DNA of 63,961 nucleotides, counting the filler, from Octopus bimaculoides (taxonomy: Eukaryota), in the NCBI RefSeq assembly GCF_001194135.2. It is 4 parts of 3 records of this genome, joined end to end, with 100 filler letters (N's around TTAATTAATTAA, not from the genome) between each part and the next. Parts side by side here need not be neighbours in the genome. Positions count along the whole stretch, not along the records: positions 46,651 to 62,773 come from NC_068982.1; positions 62,874 to 63,961 come from NC_068984.1; 2 more parts are not named here. The stretch is one strand, 5' to 3'. A program made the position numbers and the translations under genes. Shown one piece after another: positions 52,079 to 63,961 of the stretch (positions are counted from its first letter, which is position 1; each line of letters opens with the position of its first letter). The notes beneath the pieces were generated by a model. That model did not search any database, was not told the origin of the DNA, and was given only the letters and a program-made list of their open reading frames with translations.

Positions 52079-53830
52079 AGCTTCCTGCCGGATTTAAATC
52101 ACGTAGATTGGCTTGTTATGAATTATACTAAAACGATCTTGCGTCTTACTTTTATCTAATCGTACACTTTAATTTTACCCACGTACTTACATTGAGAATA
52201 CTAACGTATGATCGAGAAATGTGCAAATAAATCTTTATTACCGAAATACGACAACTTTAACACGAAATAACTTCGAAAATATAGAATTTTCTTTAAAAGG
52301 CCAAGAGTAAATGATGTTTCAAATGACACATTCTACCGGTATACGAAATTTGAAAGTGTTTAGTCACAAAAAATTATTCTTTCTATGTGCCGGCCAAAAC
52401 GAAAAGTTCCAGAAGCCGAGTAGCAGAAACAAAATTTAACCATAGGTTAATCTTGCCGATGATCAATCGGTGGTAGAAATTTCAATTTCATTACAATTGC
52501 AAAGTTATCACCCTTGAAATATACTCTTATAGCAAACGTATATTTGATAAAACATTTCATACATATCTTTTAAAAATTCGTATTTCCCTATCAGTACCAG
52601 CGGTTTACTGTGTCGTTAAAAATATGAATAGTTTGGTTTATTAAATGGCAGTGTCTATGAGTATCAAGGTAAGCCACTATTAACTTAGCTGGTGGGGCAC
52701 TATGTAGACAAAAAAAACACATTGTTGACTGAGTCGGAAATGCAGAGAAGATAGAGAAGGAGTGTGAGTGAGAGGGTAAGAATTGTAAATACCGTGTAAC
52801 AAAAAGAGCAGACGGCATAGATATCATATTTTTTTAAAACAAAACTTTTAAGATATATGGTAGTATTGAAAACGAACTTTTGAAGTAAAATCTGTACAGA
52901 AAATGTTTATTAAAGGAATATTGACTTCAGAACTGTTAAATGCAATAGAAATGCAATAATCTGCTGCGATAAACGGAATGTAACATATTCAAGCAAATAA
53001 TAGCTTTTGTATTGGTGATATTTACAATGGTTTTAAATGATATATCATGAAATTATATTATTGAAACTGACAATTTCAGGCTGCAACATCAATTTATAAG
53101 AGTATATCGGTGATTTTCTAAACAATTTTAGTACTACAATCATATGAAGTAGTGATGAAAGAGTAGATAACTATAGCTAAATTGTTGGTGCATATATGTA
53201 GTGTTAAGAACGTCTGCTAAAACGAAAAATTAGGGGAAGTGTAACTCAATTGAAAATATTGAAAATTGTATATCATTTGTAATAATTTGTTTCCATACTC
53301 CATTATCTGAATTTCGCAATTGTATATATACAAATGAAAATATTTTTCATTAGACCTAATTTTAAGTTACCAAATCTGATTTTCAAAATTTGATTGATTT
53401 CGCATTTTGTATGAGCACCATGGAAATGGAAAGTAACAAAGCTATATTTGTTACACTTATGTAACCTTTTATAATTAATCATAAATAAAACACGCATATA
53501 TGAATAAAACATTTTTTTTCATATATTAAAACTTAAAATTTAAAGATAAGTATAAACTGAGCAGTTACTATTCTTCGTATGACAAAAATATGTTATTAAA
53601 TAAAGTCATAAAAATACAAGACAGTCTAGTAGGAAACGAACATACAAAATACAACGGCGCACTTCAGCGGTTCATTTGACATTTAGCGATTCGACTATGA
53701 TGTTTAATGGGGTAAAGATACATATACATATAAAAGCCTATGCCCACCGATTTAAACACCTACGAAAACACCCCGCTGCCTCCATCTCACAGATACCCAG
53801 TTGTTCGTCTAGCATGCATACCCATATATA

Positions 53831-54011
53831 TTCTTTTATTCTTTAACTTGTTTCACCACCTTTAGTCGAATAAATCAACCCTAGGACTTATTTTTTGTAA
53901 GCCTAATACTTATTCTATCAGTCTCTTTGTCGAACCGCTAGGTTACGGGGACGTAAATACACAAAGATCGGTTGTCAAGTGATAGTGGGGTGGGTCAAAC
54001 ATAGACACAGA

Positions 54012-54055
<44 letters not shown>

Positions 54056-54945
54056 NNNNNNNNNNNNNNNNNNNNNNNNNNNNNNNNNNNNNNNNNNNNN
54101 NNNNNNNNNNNNNNNNNNNNNNNNNNNNNNNNNNNNNNNNNNNNNNNNNNNNNNNNNNNNNNNNNNNNNNNNNNNNNNNNNNNNNNNNNNNNNNNNNNNN
54201 NNNNNNNNNNNNNNNNNNNNNNNNNNNNNNNNNNNNNNNNNNNNNNNNNNNNNNNNNNNNNNNNNNNNNNNNNNNNNNNNNNNNNNNNNNNNNNNNNNNN
54301 NNNNNNNNNNNNNNNNNNNNNNNNNNNNNNNNNNNNNNNNNNNNNNNNNNNNNNNNNNNNNNNNNNNNNNNNNNNNNNNNNNNNNNNNNNNNNNNNNNNN
54401 NNNNNNNNNNNNNNNNNNNNNNNNNNNNNNNNNNNNNNNNNNNNNNNNNNNNNNNNNNNNNNNNNNNNNNNNNNNNNNNNNNNNNNNNNNNNNNNNNNNN
54501 NNNNNNNNNNNNNNNNNNNNNNNNNNNNNNNNNNNNNNNNNNNNNNNNNNNNNNNNNNNNNNNNNNNNNNNNNNNNNNNNNNNNNNNNNNNNNNNNNNNN
54601 NNNNNNNNNNNNNNNNNNNNNNNNNNNNNNNNNNNNNNNNNNNNNNNNNNNNNNNNNNNNNNNNNNNNNNNNNNNNNNNNNNNNNNNNNNNNNNNNNNNN
54701 NNNNNNNNNNNNNNNNNNNNNNNNNNNNNNNNNNNNNNNNNNNNNNNNNNNNNNNNNNNNNNNNNATATATATATATATATACAACGGGCTTCTTTCAGT
54801 TTTCGTAATTGAGATCCACTCACTAAGCTTTGGTCGGCCCAAGACTATAGTAGAAGACATCTGCCGAAAGTCACACGTAGTGGGATTGAACCTGGAACCG
54901 TGTGGTTGGGATGCAAGCTTCTTACCACACAGCCACTCATGCACC
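53831..54945 (-). mobile_element. SINE family A spanning a gap in its internal (TA)n
   Basis: 3' half at 53831-54015 and 5' half at 54780-54945 flank (TA)n-N709-(TA)n. Confidence 0.85.
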
Positions 54946-55881
54946 TGTATGTATAGCGTGCGCACGAGAGAGAGGGATGGGGGTAATATAGACAACGCGT
55001 GTTACCTGCTTGGTTATATGAGAACAGAATCCTTTCTGTAGGCTTATGAAATATTTGAAATTAAGAAATGTTTCCAGTGGATCAATATTTATGAAGCACA
55101 GCGTACTGGTTTGATCCTGATAAATCAAAACAAAGTACATCGAATGTAACTACGCAGTAATGATATCTATGATCAGTGAGCACTAAGCTGTCATGATGTA
55201 TTCTCCAGATTTTCAAGGCATTGTATTTGTCACGAGTATATAACAAATACGATCGTATGACCATTTGAATATTAAGTAGGAAGTTTATACAATACTACAA
55301 CACGAAAGTAGGTTTAACCAGAAAAGAAAAGAAAAAAAGAGAAAAAATACACGCAATATTTTCTTGTTTTCGATAAAGCAAAATATATTGCCTGAAAGGT
55401 GAAATGTGATGGGAATATTCATTCATGTAAACTATGAAAATACTGACCGATTTCACATCGTTTTGAAGATAACTATGGCGTGGCATATTCTACAATCAGA
55501 GAAGGTCACAGCTGGCATCCTAATGCATTATGATATTATTTAATATATAATGATTGCTGCACGCCTAATATCAACCAATGATTCTAATCAGCAAATATCT
55601 CAACTCACATATATATTCTTACTACTACGATTTACCAAAAGTCAGACTTAAATCCATTTTCCCATCGCTTTCTCTTTCTTCCTTACCTTCTTTCTCTCTC
55701 TCTCCACACTCACATGCAGACACAGGTAAACACATACACACATTATTATCTATGTGAATATACATACATATACATATCTATGTATATATATACACATATG
55801 TATGTATACTTACATATACATTTGTGTTTGTGTACCTGTCTATACATACATACATACATACACACACATACACACACACAT

Positions 55882-56172
55882 ACTTTTACTCTTTTACTTG
55901 TTTCAGTCATTTGACTGCGGCCATGCTGGAGCACCGCAATTTTAGTCGAGCAAATCGACCCCAGGACTTATTTTTTGTAAGCCAAGTACTTATTCTATCG
56001 GTCTCTTTTGCCGAACCGGTATGTTACGGGGACGTAAAAACACAACCATCGGTTGTCAAGCGATGCTGGGGGGGACAAACACAGACACACAGACATATAC
56101 ACACACATACATACATATATATACATATAAACGACGCGCTACTTTCAGTTTCCATCTACCAAATCCACTCCC
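55882..56172 (-). mobile_element. SINE family A, 3' two-thirds
   Basis: Reverse-complement match from tail to body. Confidence 0.85.
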
Positions 56173-56237
56173 GAATCCACAGCCGAATAAAGAAAATTTG
56201 GACCTCATAACTCTCTGCGTTCAATGAAACACTTGCT

Positions 56238-56878
56238 CACAATGTGTTTGCAGTGCCAGTACTCTTATCAACATTTAGGCTGCTTATTGGACAGTTGATG
56301 AGATCCGAGCTATTGATGTAAAAAAGCCCAAAATACTAAGAAGTACACATAATTACCAGATAAACAGTGACATAGACCACCTCTGCCTAAAATGAAAACA
56401 AGGCGGCAGAGGCTTAACATTGATCTAAAATGCCGTTGAATGTCGTATCATATCCCTTCGGCAATATCTTTTAACCACCAAGTGTCGAGGTGCATCCCTT
56501 GACCAGGTTTGCATACAAGAAGCTAATGACATTACAAAACTTGGAAGGCAACTCCTTGAGCAACATTCCTTGTCTGATAACCTAGAATACATACCCAAAG
56601 AAGTCGCACGACTCTACCCCAAAATATCAGCAGATGAAAAGATGAGCCTGTATGAGCAGAAGACTATGCATGGATATGTTAGTAGAAAGCACTGAGATGA
56701 TAATAACATCGATCATCAAAGCAGTTTATCATGGACGAATAGCCAGATTATTACCTCCCACCTTGAAGGGTATGCGTTTGCAAGCCAGAAACAGGAAATA
56801 ACCAAGTACCTAATGCACAAAAGGGATAGAGATGCAGGAAAAGCAGTAAGATGTGACAACCGATGCAGACTTTGTGAG
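56238..56878 (+). mobile_element. Second R4/Dong-like family, degraded thumb-to-CCHC fragment
   Basis: HNVFAVPVL..WTVDEIRAID...SDIDHLCLK*KQGGRGL...EGYAFASQKQEI.TKYLMHKRD...CRLC. Confidence 0.75.
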
Positions 56879-58905
56879 TTTTAATATCTATAAAACATAT
56901 TCCTTTACAATTCTGTCAACTATTTGAAATGCCCATGCCAGAATTAATGCTGCAAATAAACAAATACATTGTGGAATATTTTCTTTTAGAGAGAAAATTT
57001 TAACTACTATGTCTTTTTAAGGATCACAAGATTAAATAAGTTAGATTGTTGTACGTGAGAGGTGTGACGCTTCATTATATTTTTTCCTCTCGGTAATCTA
57101 ATTTGTGGTTTATTCCTACCTCATTTCAATTTGTGTCCGATGCAGTCCATCGCTATTTTTCTCGGACTCTACAATTTTACTTCGATATTTTTTGAAGCCT
57201 AACAATATTCTTTTGACAATCCTTTGTTTCTCATAACAATTTAGATATTTATACGACTTTGCATGAGACAGGAAATATTAAGAGAAACTATATCGTCTTC
57301 TTTGAAACATTCTGCTGCCCAAATATCTTTCATATAGCAGTTTATGTTGTTTCTCGGTATTCTAGATATTTCCGATGTAGATCTGAAAGTCGACAACAAA
57401 GAAATTATGGATCACATTCATGCTTCTTATTGTTGTCAAGCCAAGTATATAATTGATGTATTTAGATAAAAGGAAAGAGAGTGAATTTAGACTACAACAA
57501 ATAAAGCACAGATATTTTGTTTCCTTGAAGTTTTCCTTTTGAAAGATTAATAAAATCAGGGACAACTGTTGTGCTTTTACTTATACTGATTGATCAAGTC
57601 TACATAATTTTAATGATAGACATTAAGGCATTAGGTCCTTATTACCAAATCCAGCGAGTGATTAAGGTTCAGCTCAGGGTCGTAATGTTGTGGATTCAAT
57701 TCCTGGACTTGGCGGCAGGTTGGAGTTTTGAGCAAGGCACTTCATTTCATTGTTACGCCAGTCTACTCAACTGAATATGAGCATCAGCCGCGTATTGGTT
57801 GGTTCACCTTTCTCTCTCCTTCTAGCTGTCACATTCGGTGGATACTTTGGGGCTAATGAATGGGAGAGACGAAAGTATTTCTACATCTAATCGCGAACAT
57901 CGGCACCTAAAACAATTAGCGAAAGTATAGTGCAAGTTACCAGATCGTATTCATTCGCGGGTGAGGATTGGCTCTTTAAATTTTTGTTTTCTCTTTGCAA
58001 ACAACTCATCCCTGCAGTTTCTGAGTCAGTGTTAACTCTGAAGATTTTGTTGGTGACGAAGGCTATGATGAGGCTGGAGAACCTATTAGCTGCCTGTAGC
58101 TTTTGTCCATTCACACAGACCTGGCATTATATGTATGGATTATCCATTACACAGGCCTAACATTCCTTATGTGCCCAAGTATCTTTTATTCCTATTTTAA
58201 TTCTAAAATGTCCAAAGCTGTTAAAACTGATCCTTCCCGTCTATGTTTATTATTACTCATCAAAAACGTTGATACAGCAGCCGTCGTTGAACATTACGTT
58301 CATGAGATTAGCCCCTTTTATTTTAGTCATTATTAAAAAGAGTAGCTGTTGTCAAATTGTTTACCATGGATTCTACCATCAAATGTATCGTTTATCATTA
58401 CTACAAACGTCTTTAAAAAAAACAATGGGATCTACGACACAGATTTGTTGAACGTTACTGGGAAAGTGTACTTAAATTTTGAGATTACTATACAATATGC
58501 AATATATAATGACTAATACCGAGTCTTTTTCTATACTAGTCACTTACTTAATTTTATCTTACCAAATTTCTTCTGTTAAAATACGCAAAAGTTTATAATC
58601 TCATCAATACTTTGCTCTGGATATCAGATTTTGCTTACGCAGTTCCGAGATTCAAATTGAATTCTAATTTTTAAGCTAGCCACGAGATTTCTCTAGGCGT
58701 ATATGGAAAGGTCTTGAAAATATCGCAATGTTTTAAGGGTGTTTTAAAACAGTAATCTGTTACTAGCCGCTTATTTCATGTTTACCAAAGACAGTCGAAC
58801 GTAGAAATCGAAAATATACTTTTCAAATGTTATAAGGAAAGACAATGTCACCAAAAATTGTGTGAAATTTTCTTGATTTCCATATCATACGCAAACACAC
58901 ACATA

Positions 58906-59474
58906 CACAGACATGCAAGAAGTAAATAGACACCTTTAATTTTCAAAATCTTTTATTTGATATTAATTGGTTAAAGGGGAGGTTTTCTTCTAGCTGCTCG
59001 TCCATAATACCCAAGCTTATGCAGATATGTAACACACGTTCTTGGACTAACTTCTTGCTGTCTTGCAATGTCAGAAGCCTTCGAACGGGGTTCGTTTTCC
59101 ACAATTCTCTTCAAACAGCGAAGCTTCCTTTCCGAGGTCCCAGGTTGGCCGGGACGAGAATCTGTTGATTTTTTTTCCGTGGCTTTTGAATTGCACTATA
59201 ATTCTATTAACAGTAGCAAGAGGAATTTGAAGATTTTCGGCAATTTTTCGCTGGCTAAGACCAGCCTCAGATTGTCCAACAATACGAGCTCTTTGAAAAT
59301 CTGACAGTTCTGCTGAATGTTTTGTGCATGGCATAGTTACACTTCGCAAATGTTTAATATGGAATGAAAAAGAATAATTACATGGAAAATTCTACACCGC
59401 TGAAAACATATTAACATGCTTAAATCAGAAATTTTGAAAATTAAAGGTGTCTATTTACTTCCTGCATGTCTGTG
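58906..59474 (-). mobile_element. Internally deleted Tc1 element with 44-bp TIRs and TA TSD
   Basis: TA|CACAGACATGCAAGAAGTAAATAGACACCTTTAATTTTCAAAAT matches the reverse complement of 59431-59474 with 1 mismatch, followed by TA. Internal minus-strand [38 protein letters not shown]...SPRTCVTYLHKLGYYGRAARRKP gives both Tc1 HTH motifs but no DDE domain. Confidence 0.9.
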
Positions 59475-60744
59475 TACACATATCCACACACATACACATA
59501 TGTGTGTGTATGCATGTGCAAGTATGCTTAATTGTCTGTATGCATGTATGTTTGTATGTATTTACACACATACAAATGCATATTTTTAGTGATTTCTTAC
59601 AAATGAACAAATCTTTAAATTTGTGAAATCGGGATAGTTGATTATATAAGGCCCAGTGGTTGAGTATTTTATGTGGTCGATCCCGGACGATGGAAGAGAA
59701 AGACATCGACACGGTTTCAACTCAGAACATACCTACGATGAAAGGCTTTTGCCAATTTTCCGTGTTTGTGAATGTTTGTATACATGAGTTTTCATGTGAG
59801 ATGTATATGTGATATACGTGTATATACAATAAACAAACATGCATACTAGTATCCGTATATAGAAAACATGATACATTTTGTAAAATGCCATTCGTAATAC
59901 GCAATTTTGTGTAAGAAGCTGGAACCGTAAATGGTTTTAAAAATTAAATCATATGCAATATTGTGCAACTACCAGAAAAGTGGATGATTTATCATAATCC
60001 AAAATATTAGTTTTAATATATTTGACATAAAACTTACTGATATTAATACAAAAATACTATATTAATACGAAAAATCATTAAGATTTAATGCATTTTTTTT
60101 CTTGAAGAAACGGTGTTTGGAAAATATACGGACTAATACTTCGTGATATGTGTCGCTTAATTTAAATTTGAGTTTTTGCGAGGAAATTACACATTGCACA
60201 TTGGAGTTTTACTGTATGTACATATTGAGAGAGGTAGTTAAGGGGAGAGTAATGAAAGGAGAGACTGCTTTCTAACTGTACATGCATTTACATACGTATG
60301 AATATAATTAGAAGCACATTCATGTGTGCATGTGTTTATCTATACATATATGAATGGAAATATATAGGTATACTGAAAGACATTCATTCACACAAACAGA
60401 CACTCAAATGTATGAATGCATGTGTGTGTGTGTGTGTGTTTTTGTTTTATGTATGTATATATTGATACACATAAACTCATACACCTACACAATTCAACCC
60501 ATACTCCTGAACACGCGTGCATTCTATCTCTCGATCCCTTTCAATTTCAAAAGCAAACATATACATGCACATCTATCTATCTACGTCCTTCTCTGTTCCT
60601 GTATGTGTGTATTAATGCCTGCTTTCATTACAAGTTATATAAAAAAATATTTTACATTTTTATGTATTAACCTTGGCAAGAAAAGGATCAATACATGCAT
60701 ATGCATACATACATATATACATACACACATATATATATATATGC

Positions 60745-60816
<72 letters not shown>

Positions 60817-60947
60817 CATATATACAGGCAAATTTGTTGTTGAAAATGCTGTTAAATGTGACGAAAAAGTTGTAATTGTTTTTAAAATAAATTTATTTAC
60901 ATATATACCAAACTAGTTTCAACAATATTTTATGTTTATCAATGGTA

Positions 60948-61308
60948 GGCGCAGGAGTGGCTGTGTGGTAAGTAGCTTGCTTACCAACCACATGGTCCCG
61001 GGTTCAGCCCCAATGCGTGGCACCTTCGGCAAGTGTCCAAAGCCTTGTGAGTGGATTTGGTAGACGGAAACATATATATGTATGTGTGTGTATAAGTTTG
61101 CGTGTTTGTTTGTTCCCCTCCCCCCAGCATCGCTTGTCAACAGATGCTGGTGTGTTTATGACCCGTAACTTAGCGGTTCGGCAAAAGAGACCGATGAAAT
61201 AAGTACTAGGCTTACAAAGAATAAGCTCTGCGGTGGATTTGCTCGACTATAAAAGTGGTGCTCCAGCATGGCCGCAGTCAAATGACTGAAACAAGTAAAA
61301 GGGTAAAA
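60948..61308 (+). mobile_element. SINE family A, near full length
   Basis: GGCGCAGGAGTGGCTGTGTGG head through the GAAACAAGTAAAAG tail; collinear with 26395-26805. Confidence 0.9.
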
Positions 61309-62635
61309 TTTTAGAATTATGAATTAGAAAAACATGTGTAAAATTTTCAATGTTGACAAGTTTAAATGTTCATAACAGTGAATAATATAAAAAAACTGTG
61401 GATAAACTTGTTTAAATGTACAAAATTCAATGGTGTAAGTAGTGAGCGACAAGAAATAAATATCGTCAAAGTTTCAGCTATACTGAGTTAAGAGGGAGAA
61501 AAACAAGGAAGAAATGAAGATAGTAAAAAATGGGATCTGGTTTACAGTTTCTGTGATTCTCTTTCCGTCGTGTGAAGGAACTTTTGCTTGTAACGGTGCC
61601 TTTTGGGAATCCGGTGTATTTATAATATTCTCCCGTGAACGGATCTGAATTTTGATTCGCTAAAGTCCTGGTGAAGTCTTGTTTTTTCTGATGATCAAGT
61701 TTGTTGTTCTGCGTGGTTGGCTTCCCTGCGGGGAGCGGCCATCAGTCGCTCCAGTTGGTTAATTCTTATAACACTAGTTGCTGACGTCACTTAACACTAG
61801 GTCAATGAAATTTTACATCCCATCAAAACCGAACGTCAGCAAATACAACAAAATGTTGCCTTATGTTTATGTTTATACTTGCATAAAAACAAATTCTCAC
61901 TTGTCTACTCAATAATCTATTGCATACTTTTCATTATTTTAATACTTTACTTTATTTTAGGCTTCTTACATTTTTATCTCATTTCTATTGTGTTTATATT
62001 ATAATGCACCTAAATTTGCACTTTTATTAGTTCACTGTAATATTAATTTAAATACTGCTTATCTATAATATTAATAACAATTTATAATATACTGCTATTA
62101 CATTCTTATAACTGCATTCACAATTTCTTTTATTTACTACTGTAGAGAGATATACTGTCTTAATACCATATCCTATTATTTATTTATTCATTTTTTATAA
62201 TAGCTTCAATAAATATACTACTTTCCTCCCCTTTATAAGGTTCATACCACGCTTTTCTATACAACATTTATCAGTTAACGGTTTGGAGCCGAACACTCAA
62301 CACACTAGAGCATGAAAATCTAATGTTATATCTTTAGCTCCTTCCAATGAGATTCAGCTTTAGAATGTTTTTAATTATGCTAATTAATTTCTAAATGTCT
62401 TGAATCGAAACAACTGTCAGAGATGATGTCCTATTCTATAATAAATAAATAGTTATTAATTTCATTATCTCTCTATTTTCTTATTTTCTTTGAAATATAT
62501 ATAAAACTCGATTTATCCAGTTACCCTACAGTTGAATATTAATTGTAATATACAACATTTCTTGTAATAGGTAATAAATCAGTAAATCCCGTGGATTTTA
62601 TTATCCCTTAATGAGGTTTCTAACCTTTATTTGAA

Positions 62636-62672
<37 letters not shown>

Positions 62673-62773
62673 CAAATACAGTGTACATTTAAACACATCA
62701 GAGATGTCCATAATAGGACATCTAACCCGCTAGAAGGAGCAGTCAAAACTCCACACCACAAATTAGGGATAAT

Positions 62774-62873
62774 NNNNNNNNNNNNNNNNNNNNNNNNNNN
62801 NNNNNNNNNNNNNNNNNTTAATTAATTAANNNNNNNNNNNNNNNNNNNNNNNNNNNNNNNNNNNNNNNNNNNN
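62774..62873. other. Artificial scaffold join
   Basis: Same 44N-TTAATTAATTAA-44N construct. Confidence 0.95.
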
Positions 62874-62875
62874 AC

Positions 62876-62932
<57 letters not shown>

Positions 62933-63730
62933 CACTCATACGTCCACACTTATACGTATGCACATACGTACCCACGCACATACAAATATACACATGTGTG
63001 CGTGTCCCCATATACACATATCTATCCATCTACATATACACACATGTATAAATAGAAATAGATTCATGCACATACCCATAGCTATACATCTACGCCTATT
63101 ACCTAATCAAATAAACAGATTCGCATATACATATACATACATGTATACATACGTAAACACACGTTTATGCATGTGCGTGTAGGTGTGTGTGTGTGCGTAT
63201 GCGGGTGTGTATATGTGTATGCGTGGGGTTGTGAGTGTTAGGTATGTGTGCGTTCATATGCGTGCGTGTGTATGTGTCTATATGTGTATGCGTATGTGTG
63301 TGTATGTATATACTGTGTGTATGCGTAGGTTGTGTAGGCGTATATGTGCGTACCTGTGAGTGTGTGTATGTGCGTGTGTGTGTGTATGTGCGTGTGTGCA
63401 TTTTGTTGCATGTATGCGCGTGTGCTTGAGTATGTATATGTATGTGGTTGTGTGTATTTATGTTTGTGTGTGTGTATAGGTATATGTGTCTATGTGTGCG
63501 TGGGGTTGCGTGGGTTAGGTATCTGTGCATTCCTGTGCGTGTGTGTGCGTTTGTGCACGTGTGTGTGCGCGTGGGAGTACGTAGGTGTGTGTGTGTATAT
63601 GTGCATGTATGTGTGTCGTATGTGTGTGGTGTGTATGGGAGGTGTATGTGCGTTCATGTGTGTATACGGGTGCGCGTGTTTTTTCGTGTGTGGATATGTA
63701 CGTATGTGCGTGTATGTGTGTGTGTATATA
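62874..63730. repeat. Degenerate (CA)/(TG)-rich low-complexity block
   Basis: Directly visible. Confidence 0.9.
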
Positions 63731-63961
63731 GAAAAAACAATGAATCTATATATATAAAAATGAGAATGTGTGTCTGTCTGTGTGAATCCCTAAAACTCGA
63801 GAACTACGCAACCAATTTCATTCAAATTTTATTACTTAGGGTTCCAGTTGTGTTTTAGTCAAAAAAATTTTTAACTTCTTGCAGAGTTCGAGCCCACGGC
63901 AACATAATATCTCCTCCACTATTTAAGTATTACGTGTCAAAAGTGAAACAAAAACACTCAT

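Noticed and set aside
52594-52668. AG...GTAAG-bounded candidate exon
   Set aside because: It has stops in all three frames and no GPCR motifs; at most a UTR exon, which is unsupported.
57800-58450. Possible transposase relic (acidic EDFVGDEGYDE stretch)
   Set aside because: Too degraded for a family call without a search.

Overview
AT-rich, microsatellite-saturated metazoan genomic DNA with about 6.5 kb of N. The tRNA-derived SINE families look like those of an octopod cephalopod (Octopus-like). This is an inference from recalled repeat sequences, not a database result. Three identical 100-bp joins (44 N + TTAATTAATTAA + 44 N) show that the window is four stitched segments: 1-23295, 23396-46550, 46651-62773 and 62874-63961. 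Only one host coding exon is supportable, 10861-11285 (+). It encodes TM1-TM3 of a class A GPCR with an NRY motif (melatonin-receptor/Tre1/Moody-like); its other exons were not found. Everything else is repeat-derived: about 35 SINE copies from three or more families, hAT, Tc1, mariner and piggyBac-like non-autonomous DNA elements, a Chapaev3-like transposase relic, four R4/Dong-like LINE fragments and a Penelope-like (PLE) RT relic. The most interesting signal is invisible in the ORF track: a set of type I hammerhead-ribozyme (HHR) motifs with palindromic stem III. Two of them (4582-4639 on +, 25748-25790 on -) sit in the spacer of long inverted repeats (67 bp perfect; 148 bp at 95% identity), forming ~400-bp non-coding elements. 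Three more sit in a ~200-bp family embedded in (TA)n. These look like non-autonomous, ribozyme-carrying PLE/retrozyme-type elements. Nearly all ORFs in the supplied track are microsatellite or N artefacts.
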